Below, piece after piece: positions 10,737 through 20,964 of a stretch of 23,320 nt of DNA; the stretch's first letter is position 1; the number at the start of each line of letters is the position of its first letter. Where the stretch lies: the NCBI RefSeq assembly GCF_006345805.1, contig NW_021836618.1, positions 1 through 23,320 on the forward strand, given 5' to 3'. Source of the DNA: Octopus sinensis. Lineage: Eukaryota. The translations under genes and the position numbers were made by a program. The notes beneath the pieces were generated by a model. That model did no database searches and was not told where the DNA came from. It saw nothing but the letters and a program-made list of their open reading frames with translations.

Positions 10737-10857
10737 ATATACTTTATTAAAGCAGCAGAAAATTCAACAAAACCTGTTACTCTGAGTTTCACGTTGCAAC
10801 GTGAAACTCAGAGTAACAGGTTTTATTGAATTTTCTGCTGCTTTAAATAAAGTATAT
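10737..10857. repeat. 121-bp spacerless palindrome
   Basis: Arms of 60 and 61 nt around ...cacgttg|caacgtg...; one mismatch and one 1-nt indel. Confidence 0.97.
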
Positions 10858-11169
10858 ATATATATATATAGATAAGAAAGTTGATATATATATACACATA
10901 TAAGAGGGAATTTTACCACTATGTGGAAACCCTTATGCTAGAAGAAGATCCGCTATGGTCTCAACCACTAAGAATTGTTCTCTAGAAAATTTAGCAAACA
11001 CCAGAAACGTAAGCGAGCAAAACAAATGAAAAGTAAAAAAAATATAGATTAATCATAAACAAATTTTTCACTGAGGTTTAGTGAACCTCAGGTTTTTTAT
11101 ATGCTGGACCACGGGTGTTAAAATTGATGTTATCAAATTAATATCCAATTTTTCACCCTCATTTTGATT

Positions 11170-11180
11170 TTAATATATAT

Positions 11181-11234
<54 letters not shown>

Positions 11235-11257
11235 TATATATATATATAATATATATT

Positions 11258-11306
<49 letters not shown>

Positions 11307-11317
11307 TATATATATTC

Positions 11318-11388
<71 letters not shown>

Positions 11389-11750
11389 GATATTTATATG
11401 TATATATATATATATTATATATATATATAATATATGTGTGTGTGTATATATATATATTCATATATATTTATTTAAGTACGTATATACATTTATATTTATA
11501 TAACAAGACAAAATAAATACACTCCCCACACACAAACGCATACACACACACACACACCCATATATATACACACACATATATACACACACATATACACACA
11601 CACATATACACACACAGTTTGTTTGCCTCTACTTGATATTTCTTGAAGTTCTTCGTGAGACACCGAACACCACTCCCTCTCTCTCCCTCTCTCTCCCTCT
11701 CTCTCCCTCTCTCTCCCTCTCTCTCCCTCTCTCTCCCTCTCTCTCCCAGC
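11170..11750. repeat. (TA)n, (CA)n and (CTCTCCCTCT)n simple repeats
   Basis: Directly visible. Confidence 0.95.
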
Positions 11751-11950
11751 GCCACCTCTGTAAGCAACACAATCAGTCTCTGTTTTAAAATAACGAAGAA
11801 AGATTCAACTAATTATAGTTTTAATTGATATCTCGATGTTTTGTCACGTGTCATAAGTGACACCGACACCCCACCGCCATCACCGCCACCACCACCACCA
11901 CCACCACTTCCACCATCGTTAAACCACAATTTACAACGCATTTTACGATC

Positions 11951-12000
11951 TTTTATTCAGACATAGTGTATCTAGGACTACATTATCTAATGTGTCCTTC
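11951..12000 (-). repeat. Fragment of the ~125-bp unit
   Basis: ttttattcagacatagtgtatctaggactacattatctaatgtgtccttc is the reverse complement of the 7671 unit start. Confidence 0.9.
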
Positions 12001-12267
12001 CTAGCATCTGTTGCTGTTTCTGCATAAGCCAAGGTCCACTATAACTGGGGCTCAGCCCAGGATTTACAATACAGAATGGTGAAAAACTGTAACCTCGGAC
12101 CTCGGCCACGAGAATACGCGAGACTTTCCTAATCTCAACAATATTGTTAGCCTGGTTTTACTGACAGGAGGCTTATAAAGGATTTGGACGGAATTGCTAA
12201 TTCCTCACTGTTAGCTTGGTTATAAGTGTGTGTATATATATGTGTGTATGTATGTATATAGGTATAT

Positions 12268-12681
12268 ACTCTTTTACTCTTTTACATGTTTCAGTCATTT
12301 GACTGCGGCCATGCTGGAGCACCGCCTTTAGTCGAGCAAATCGACCCCGGGACTTATTCTTTGTAAGCCCAGTACTTATTCTATCGGTCTCTTTTGCCGA
12401 ACCGCTTAGCGACAGGGACGTAAACACACCAGCATCGGTTGTCAAGCAATGCTAGGGGGACAAACACAGACACACATACACACACACATACATACATATA
12501 CATATATATACATATATAAGACAGGCTTCTTTCAGTTTCCGTCTACCAAATCCACTCACAAGGCGTTGGTCGGCCCGGGGCTATAGCAGAAGACACTTGC
12601 CCAAGATGCCACGCAGTGGGACTGAACCCGGAACCATGTGGTTGGTTAGCAAGCTACTTACCACACAGCCACTCCTGCGCC
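12268..12681 (-). mobile_element. Full-length composite SINE (head A + internal microsatellite + body B, (AAAAGAGT)n tail)
   Basis: Same A-microsatellite-B layout as 14379-14738; pol III A/B-box-like motifs in the head. Confidence 0.9.
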
Positions 12682-12736
<55 letters not shown>

Positions 12737-12741
12737 AGGTG

Positions 12742-12944
12742 ACTGTGTTTGTACCTCCACTGTCGCTTGACAACCGATGCTGGTGTGTTTAGGTCTCTGT
12801 AACTTAGCGGTTCGGCAAAAGGACAAAATAGAATAAATACTATGCTTACAAAGAACAAGTCCTGGGGTTGATTTGTCCGACTAAAGGCGCTGCTGCAGCA
12901 TGGCCGCAGTCAAATGACTGAAACAAGTAAAAGAATAAAAGAAT
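12742..12944 (+). mobile_element. SINE body B only
   Basis: cttgacaaccgatgctggtgtgttt...catggccgcagtcaaatgactgaaacaagtaaaagaataaaagaat. Confidence 0.88.
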
Positions 12945-13180
12945 ATATATATATTTGTATATGTGAACGTATGTGTTTATATTCATATATAGATGTGTAT
13001 GTATGTATATTTACATACGTTTACGAAATGTATGTCTACATATTTATATATATATATATATCTGTATGTACGTGTATATGTATATATGTATGAATGAATT
13101 TGTACATGAATTTATGTTTGTGTGTATAGATATATGTATATAAGTGTCTGATTGTCTGTCTATCTATCAATCTGTGTATG

Positions 13181-13247
<67 letters not shown>

Positions 13248-13573
13248 TATATCATTATACGTATTCATATGCATAAATACACACACACGATTCATGCATT
13301 CATTCCCGCTGCCAGCGCATGTACTGTGATGCAGCCTAACAAACCAGTTCAGTTCTGTCTCTGTTTATAAAACACAATAAGTGGCTTTCAGCCACTTATG
13401 GACAAAGCATGAGTGTGGTGTGTGTGTGTATATATTCTGCTTTTGATATACATACATATAAAAAAATAAATATGTATGTGTACATATGTTTGGGTCGTAT
13501 TGGCGAACGAACATAATTGATATGTGGTCGTTACAGGAGCAGTTTCATGAAGGCACAGACACTCACACACTCG

Positions 13574-13610
<37 letters not shown>

Positions 13611-14378
13611 CACACACAAACACACACACTTTCACAATTAGCCGATTTGTTATTTAACGGGGAAAAATAAATCGGACACACCAATACCTCCTTCCCCACC
13701 TGTCTTCCTTACAACCACCGCCGCCACCCGTACGCCACCCATTGTAAACTACACACACACACGTACATACATACACCTACATACACACACACCTACACTA
13801 ACCAAACATAGCCCCAACCCCTTCGTCGTCAACCTCCCCTCCCCAATTCGGATTGTGCTAAGATTTCCCAATGTTTATATATACAAGTGTTATATACACA
13901 CTGGAAAGTATTATACACACCCACCGTCTCCACAGAGCCCCTCTATTTCTTTATTTAGGTCTCTAATTCCTGTTCCTAACCTCACCCCGCCCCCCAGCGC
14001 TGTCCCCTTCTAACAAGACCCAACAGTTGTGGTTATTTAAGTGGTCACCTCATTTTTGGTGACGGCTGTGTAAATACACACACACACACACACACACCAC
14101 ACACACACATACGTGCGCAGTCACAGACTCATACACAGACTCATGCAGAATATACATGCGTATGCACACACACAGACACACACACACAACCACACAAGCT
14201 CACACAAACAACCCACATATATATACTCACACACGCACTCATACACATGCGCATACACACACATAATCACATAGCACAACAAATACATACACATATACAT
14301 ACATACATATATCTATCAAACATAGACAGACACACATACACATGCGCACACACAAAACAACAGAAATACACACACATA

Positions 14379-14496
14379 GGCGCAGGAGTGGCTGTGTGGT
14401 AAGTAGCTTGCTATCCTCTGCTATAGCCCCGGGCCGACCAAAGCCTTGAGAGTGGACTTGGTAGACGGAAACTGAAAGAAGCCTGTCGTATATATG

Positions 14497-14529
<33 letters not shown>

Positions 14530-14738
14530 TTGTGTGTCTGTGTTTGTCCCCCTAGCATTGTTTGACAACCGATGATGGTGTGTTTATGTCCCCGTTACTT
14601 AGCGGTTCGGCAAAAGAGCCGATAGAATAAGTACTGGGCTTACAAAAGAATAAGTCCCGGGGTCGAGTTGCTCGATTAAAAGGCGGTGCTCCAGCATGGC
14701 CGCAGTCAAAATACTGAAACAAGTAAAAAGAGTAAAGA
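14379..14738 (+). mobile_element. Composite SINE A+B with an internal deletion removing the B-box region
   Basis: ggcgcaggagtggctgtgtggtaagtagcttgcta is joined directly to tcctctgctatagcccc; about 50 nt present in the 12521-12681 copy are missing. Confidence 0.9.
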
Positions 14739-15157
14739 GATGTGCAATATAGCAATACAAGCACACAAATATTCACAACACACTACCATGCACACATATA
14801 TACACACGCGCACGTACACCTCGCCACCACACACTCCCCTGTCCTTCCCACCCCCGCTTTCGTCCGACTCCCACCCTCCTCTCCCTCCTCTTACTCTACA
14901 AAAACAAAAACCCTCGCCGCGGTGGTGGTGGAGGTTGTAATTTACTGTGACGACAAGACCTAACAGGGATAAACATGGCCGTGAGATGTGCCCCTGGCCC
15001 CCACCGGAATTAGAAAACATGAGTCGACCCTCAACAACTTCAAAAACTGATACACACACACCAACACACACACCAACACACACAAACTATAGGACTGCGA
15101 GACAATGTATGCGTGTTTGTGTGTATGTATGTGTGTGTGTGTATGTGTGTGTGTATC

Positions 15158-15352
15158 TTTTACTTTTCAGGTATTGGACTGCGGCCATGCTGGGGGCAAC
15201 ATCTCAAAGGGTTTAGTGGAAGTAATTGACCCCAATACGCACTTTTTTCAGAGCCCAGTACTTGTTTTATCAGTCCTCTACGCCGAACCGCTAAATTACG
15301 GAGACGAAACCAAACCAAGACCGGTTGTCAAGTGGCGGTGGGAAACAAACAC
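15158..15352 (-). mobile_element. SINE body B, degenerate
   Basis: gactgcggccatgctgg...gcccagtactt...gccgaaccgcta...cggttgtcaag is the reverse complement of body B. Confidence 0.82.
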
Positions 15353-15618
15353 ACATACACACACACAGAACCCACCGCCATATATATATATATATATATA
15401 TCTGCCTGTCTCTCTCTCTCTCTCTCTTCTCTCTCTCTACCTATCTATCTGGATTTCTATGCCTATCTCAAACATTCTGTCCTTCACCATCTCCACTACC
15501 ACTACTACTAGCACCAGCAACATCAAAACTACAGTATCACCACCACCACCACCACCACCACCACAACAGCAACAATAACAATAACAACTTCTTGACGTTG
15601 CAATCAACTGACAATTTA

Positions 15619-15638
15619 TATTTCTTTTTATATTTCAG
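15619..15638 (+). promoter_or_regulatory. 3' splice acceptor of the TAL1-like coding exon
   Basis: Pyrimidine tract ending tttctttttatatttcAG at 15637-15638, 96 nt before the ATG; implies an upstream non-coding exon that I could not locate. Confidence 0.75.
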
Positions 15639-15734
15639 GTGATTGGTGAATTTTTAGAAAACTGGAAGCAACCCGGATTTGATCCCGCGTCACATCAGCT
15701 GAGAAGGTAGTTCGTGTTTTTGTGTAGTAGTAGT

Positions 15735-17624
15735 ATGGCCTGCGTTGAACTGAAAGCAGTCAGACTGATGCAACTGCGACGAAGTGGTGGAGCGGTGCTG
15801 AAGAGAGGAGACGACGGCAACGGCCGATCGCCACTGAAAGGCTCTTCGACGACATCGGAGGAGAGCGAAATGGTGGTGGAGAGCTACAGATGTTCCGGTT
15901 CAGTGACATCGGAGGAGATGGACGGCGATGAGGTGGTGGTGGTCACCAGGAGGAAAGGAGAACGACACGACGATGACGTCGATAATGATGACGATGACGA
16001 CTGCGACATGAACGACGACAACGTGTTCTCTCCAGAAATCTCGACCCTCCCAACGTCCTCCTCCACCCCTCCTCCTCCTCTTGCTGCTGCTGCTCCTGGT
16101 GGTGGTGGTGGTGGTGGTGGTGGCGGTGGCGGTGGTGTCTTGAATCCGGAGAAGATGAATATCCTCGGGGAGAAGAAGTCGGCGGCGGGTAGCGGCGGCG
16201 GCGGCGGTGACGTTGTGGTGGTGACGGGAATTACAAGACGCTGCGGCAGTCGTGGCGGACCCATCGACTCTCAAGCAGACGGAATTCTGGGTAAATGTGC
16301 AATCATGGCAGACACCAAAGACCCGAACTTGACTTCCGGCAAGCTCAGCCTCGTCATCAATAAACCTTTGGCTAACAACAACCACAACAACAATAACAAC
16401 AACAACATTAAAATCAGCAACAACAACAATATCATCGTCGACAACAACAACAAAAACAACAAAGAGATGCCAGCCAACTCCCCGCCCCCGCACAGCTTAT
16501 CCCCATCTTCCTCCACCTCCTCCCTCTTCGTTTCCTCTCCTTCCTCTTCTCCATACCCTCCCTCACCGGCGGCCATTATCCACGGTGGAGGCGGCGGTGG
16601 GTCGTCGTCATCGGCGTCGGCGTCGGCGGCGGCGGCGGCGGTGGCGACCCCCGGATTTTTCTGCCTGAAGAGCGGCGCCTACCCGTTGATCGCGTCGCGT
16701 GAGCTGGGTACGCGTTCGGCCAGCTACAGCTCCGAGAACCCCCTGGACCTGCGCAACAAAGTCCCCGCCATTCGACGCCGCTTCAGCGACGCCATTACAG
16801 AGATGCCGATCCGCAAGATGGCGCGGCGGATGTTTACCAATAGTCGTGAACGCTGGCGACAACAGAACGTTAACGGAGCCTTCGCAGAGTTGCGTCGGTT
16901 GGTGCCCACCCATCCACCCGACAAGAAACTCAGCAAAAATGAGATTCTGCGTTTGGCCATCCGGTATATCAATCTGCTGACTCAAGTTATCGACTACCAA
17001 AAGACAGCCGAAGACGGCGCCTTTGAATGCGAGCCGAAGAAGAAGAAGAATAGTATTATAGCAGACGCCGCTGGGAAACTTCGAGGCGGCGGTGGCGGTG
17101 GCGGGGGCAGTGGCGGTGGTGGTGGGGGTCGGCTTGCGACCCGCATCGAGGCCATAATGGCTGTGAACGAGAGCAGCGACCCCAGTTCGAACCACCGGCA
17201 TCGGGTTTTTCATCAACAGCATCTCTACAACCCGAACCTGAACCGACAGCAATACCACCACCAGCACCAACACCAGCATCATCATCATCATCACCACCAC
17301 CACCATCATCGTCACAACACGAACAACAACAACAATACCAACAACAACAACAACAACAACAGCAACGAAAATTTGAATTGTCACGACAGACTCGCTGACG
17401 AGGGCGACGCAGACGGCAGCTTACAACACTCCACTCTATCAGGAGCCCTCAACCACAACAGCAACAGTAACAACAGCCACAACAACCACAACCACAACAA
17501 CAACAACAACAATGTTATCCACATCACGAAAATTGAAGACGATTACAGTGAGGTGATGTCCCAGGGGCCATCGCCAGCCTCCAGTTATTTTGATGACACC
17601 AGTGAAGATGAATCCTGTATTTGA
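15735..17624 (+). CDS. TAL1: TAL1/SCL-LYL1-TAL2 family bHLH transcription factor (629 aa), single coding exon
   Basis: b[55 protein letters not shown] (~16824-16980) is near-identical to the vertebrate TAL1 bHLH. The ORF is uninterrupted. ATG 15735 has a strong context (agtATGG) and an in-frame TAG lies upstream at 15708-15710. The symbol denotes the family; 1:1 orthology is not shown. Confidence 0.95.
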   Translation: MACVELKAVRLMQLRRSGGAVLKRGDDGNGRSPLKGSSTTSEESEMVVESYRCSGSVTSEEMDGDEVVVVTRRKGERHDDDVDNDDDDDCDMNDDNVFSPEISTLPTSSSTPPPPLAAAAPGGGGGGGGGGGGGVLNPEKMNILGEKKSAAGSGGGGGDVVVVTGITRRCGSRGGPIDSQADGILGKCAIMADTKDPNLTSGKLSLVINKPLANNNHNNNNNNNIKISNNNNIIVDNNNKNNKEMPANSPPPHSLSPSSSTSSLFVSSPSSSPYPPSPAAIIHGGGGGGSSSSASASAAAAAVATPGFFCLKSGAYPLIASRELGTRSASYSSENPLDLRNKVPAIRRRFSDAITEMPIRKMARRMFTNSRERWRQQNVNGAFAELRRLVPTHPPDKKLSKNEILRLAIRYINLLTQVIDYQKTAEDGAFECEPKKKKNSIIADAAGKLRGGGGGGGGSGGGGGGRLATRIEAIMAVNESSDPSSNHRHRVFHQQHLYNPNLNRQQYHHQHQHQHHHHHHHHHHHRHNTNNNNNTNNNNNNNSNENLNCHDRLADEGDADGSLQHSTLSGALNHNSNSNNSHNNHNHNNNNNNVIHITKIEDDYSEVMSQGPSPASSYFDDTSEDESCI

Positions 17625-17800
17625 ACCCGCGAACTGGATAATTCAGTATCAAGGCTCACCCTATTTGATTCCTCCTCCTCCTCCTCCTCTCCTCACCCCC
17701 ACCCCAGCGGATTCTTTTCTTCTGAAATATTCCAGAACTTCCCAGAAACTGATTTTACACAAAAGAATCATTTTCTTTTTGTTTTCATTTTTTTTTTCAA

Positions 17801-17806
17801 AATAAA
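17801..17806 (+). promoter_or_regulatory. Possible polyadenylation signal
   Basis: AATAAA 177 nt after the stop codon, but embedded in a genomic A-tract, so weak. Confidence 0.3.
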
Positions 17807-17995
17807 AAAAAAAAAAGAATCCCTGTTCAATTAATTTCAATAACGATTTTGAGATCGATCATTTAGTCCTGCCTGATCAATACTGGTTAATTCTAGTCTA
17901 ACCTAAATAATTCTAGTTAATTCTCTGACAGTATCTAATCAACTTTGCTCAAGTTGAAGCCAACCCATGTTCCCGTCCAACTGTGGCTCATCTGG

Positions 17996-18215
17996 ATATA
18001 ATCCCGGCTCAACTCATGCCAAACCAGATTATCTTTAATATAATTCCGATTCAGCTCTAGTTAAACCAGATTAACTTTGGTATAATCCCAGCTCAACTCT
18101 TACTAAACCAGATTATCTTTGATATAATCACGGCTCAACTCTAGTTAAACCTGATCCTCTTTAATAAGATTTTGGCTCAAATCTAGCTAAACCAGTTTAT
18201 CGTTAATATAATCCG
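17996..18215 (+). repeat. 42-bp minisatellite, about 5.2 copies
   Basis: Consensus atataatcccggctcaactctagttaaaccagattatcttt(g/a)a at exact 42-nt spacing. Confidence 0.92.
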
Positions 18216-18421
18216 TGGTCAAATCCAGTTGATGGAAGACAGTTATAATAATACCGCTGGTCAGATATAAACAATGATAGTTTTTCTTTTTCGAGTTTCA
18301 CTTCCGGGGCAGCAAAATAAAGGGCCATTTGCAGAAGATGGCAAATAGAAGCAGGACCCATGGAGATTTTTTTTAAGGATGGGGGATACACTTCAGGCAT
18401 AGGACGAGTCACTGTAGAGGG

Positions 18422-18707
18422 TTGTTTAGCCTAAGGTCAGGCATGATTCCAAGACCAATGGTCAAAAATATATCAGCTGTGATTATCTTGTCAGTTGTTC
18501 AGGCCTAGTGTATCTAGGAGTACATTATCTGTGAGATTCTTTGTTGTTGTTGTTGTTGTTTAAGCCCAGGTCAGTCCTCATCCAACAGACCTATAATCAA
18601 AGGTGTCACAGCCATGGCCTTCCCATCTTCTACTCAGACCTAGTGTACCTAGGACCACATTACCGAATGCGGCCTTCCTTGTTGTTGCTTCTGTTCTTTA
18701 GCCCAAG
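18422..18707 (-). repeat. Two-plus tandem degenerate copies of the ~125-bp unit
   Basis: gttgtttagcc..aggtcag...tagtgtatctaggagtacattatc, then gtttaagcccaggtcagtcctcatcc...tagtgtacctaggaccacattacc. Confidence 0.8.
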
Positions 18708-18971
18708 GAAAGACATGCGTCAACAGAAGATCTATAGTTTATTTCTTCGAAGACCATCCCCGCTTATTTTGAGGCACAATACACCTGGGACAACATTAAC
18801 GAATGTGCATGTTCTGTTTGCTTTTGTTTTTTTTATACAGAAAATATGAACACTAAGTCCTTTATAATATTACGATACTCGTCGTAAAATGTCCTCTGCA
18901 TATGGTACTCTACGATACAGGGTACTCTACATTATGTAGAGTACGTTAAGCTTTATAAATATGTGTGTGTA

Positions 18972-19004
<33 letters not shown>

Positions 19005-19136
19005 ATATATGTATAGTGTTAGGTGTGTGTGTATATATATATATATATATAAACAAAGTCGAAGTGCGATAAAATAAAATTAATTATTATCGCTGGTATT
19101 TCTAGCACAAGCCATATATTATTCATATATAAGTAA

Positions 19137-19180
<44 letters not shown>

Positions 19181-19308
19181 TATATATATTATATATATAT
19201 ATATATACTATATATATTATATATATACATGTATACATATGTATATTTATACATACACACACACACACACACACACAACACATATATAATATATATATAT
19301 ATAAATAA

Positions 19309-19348
<40 letters not shown>

Positions 19349-19362
19349 ACATATATACATAT

Positions 19363-19980
19363 ATATATAAAACAGTACTTGGAGAATAAGAACGGAACGA
19401 AACGAACGAATCGAATCGAATCGACGCGAGGGCGCTGTCATACAATAGTGTAATAAATAAAATATATGCATACATACATACATACATACATATATGTACG
19501 TACCTATATCTACATGTATATATACATGCATATATAAATATATATACGTGAGTACAGGACACCACAACTAGACGTAGAACTCAACGAGAAACGAAAACGG
19601 AAAAACAAGCATGGAACAAACCATGTTTTTACAACAGAAAAACAGAGTACAAGACAAACTACACAAGGAAAAATCCCCTTCATCAGCTGTCCGTAGTTCA
19701 ACCCTAGCGTGTTTCGAAGGTAGGACAGAACACGATTCGTCAAACTAGCCCTTCCTGCGAGAGAATTAAAATAAAATTACTTCGCAGAGGGGTAAAAACA
19801 AAGAAAGAAAAAAAATGTAACACAAACAGGACGTAAAAACGATACAAATAAAAATACAAAATAAAATACAAGATAAAAATACATGTACAAGAAAATAGAA
19901 TACGAGAAATAAAAAATAAACAAGAAAACAAACGAAAAGGCCTTTTTCTGGCTTAGACGGAGAAGATTCTGGCGAGCGCA
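19363..19980 (-). mobile_element. ~620-bp non-coding repeat element, copy A (hammerhead-core bearing; non-autonomous Penelope/retrozyme-like by inference)
   Basis: Reverse complement matches 20446-20970 and 19989-20234; no ORF; internal microsatellite. Confidence 0.75.
19675..19734 (-). ncRNA. Second copy of the candidate permuted hammerhead
   Basis: All stems and core nucleotides are identical to 20693-20752; differences fall only in the linker. Confidence 0.5.
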
Positions 19981-19988
19981 GAATCAAG

Positions 19989-20234
19989 CATGGTTTGTTC
20001 CATGCTTGTTTTTCCGTTTTCGTTTCTCATTGAGTTCTACGCCTAATTGTGGTGTCCTGTACTCACGTATATATATTTATATATGCATGTATATATACAT
20101 GTAGATGTAGGTACGTACATATATATATGTATGTATGCATATATTTTATTTATTACACTATTGTATGACAGCGCCCTCGCGTCGATTCGATTCGATTCGT
20201 TCCGTTCTTATTCTCCAAGTACTGTTTTATATAT
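19989..20234 (+). mobile_element. Copy B: inverted 3' part of the same element
   Basis: Reverse complement of 19363-19625. Confidence 0.9.
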
Positions 20235-20445
20235 AATTATGACGCGAAACTCCTTATCTCTTTGCTTTACCTTCCCTTCTCTCTCTCTCTCTCTCACACA
20301 CCACTCCTCCTCATCTCTCTCTCAGCCGCTTGTCTTCCTCTATCTCTCTCTCTCTCTCACTCCTCCTCATCTTTGTCACTGCCAGCTAAGACTACTTCCT
20401 TTTTACATGCGGCCTCCAAACTGTAAACACACTTTTTTTTTCCCT

Positions 20446-20964
20446 TGCGCTCGCCAGAATCTTCTCCGTCTAAGCCAGAAAAAGGCCTTCTCGTTTGTTT
20501 TCTTGTTTATTTTTTATTTCTCGTAATCTATTTTCTTGTACATGTATTTTTATCTTGTATTTTACTTTGTATTTTTATTTGTATCGTTTTTACGCCCTGT
20601 TTGTGTTACATTTTTTTTTCTTTCTTTGTTTTTACCCCTCTGCGAAGTAATTTTATTTTAATTCTCTCGCAGGAAGGGCTAGTTTGACGAGTCGTGTTCT
20701 GTCCTACCTTCGAAACACGCTAGAGTTGAACTAGGGACAGCTGATGAAGGGGATTTTTCCTTGTGTAGTTTGTCTTGTACTCTGTTTTTCTGTTGTAAAA
20801 AAATGGTTTGTTCCATGCTTGTTTTTCCGTTTTCGTTTCTCGTTGAGTTCTACGTCTAGTTGTTGTGTCATGTACTCACGTATATATATTTATATGCATG
20901 TATATATACATGTAAATGTAGGTACGTACATATATGTATGTATGTATGCATATATTTTATTTAT

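Noticed and set aside
11737-11765. CTCF-like cgccacctctgta at ~11750
   Set aside because: It lacks the conserved terminal CC of the core; too weak alone.
15714-15734. GTG start used by the ORF track
   Set aside because: This is a eukaryotic gene; the first in-frame ATG, at 15735, has a strong Kozak context.
15884-17384. Long antisense and alternate-frame ORFs over the bHLH gene (126, 197, 101, 258 aa and others)
   Set aside because: They are shadows of a GC-rich, triplet-repeat CDS and contain no domain-like sequence.
20741-20770. Ordinary type I hammerhead starting at CUGAUGA
   Set aside because: The downstream hairpin is followed by GUGU, not GAAA, in both copies.
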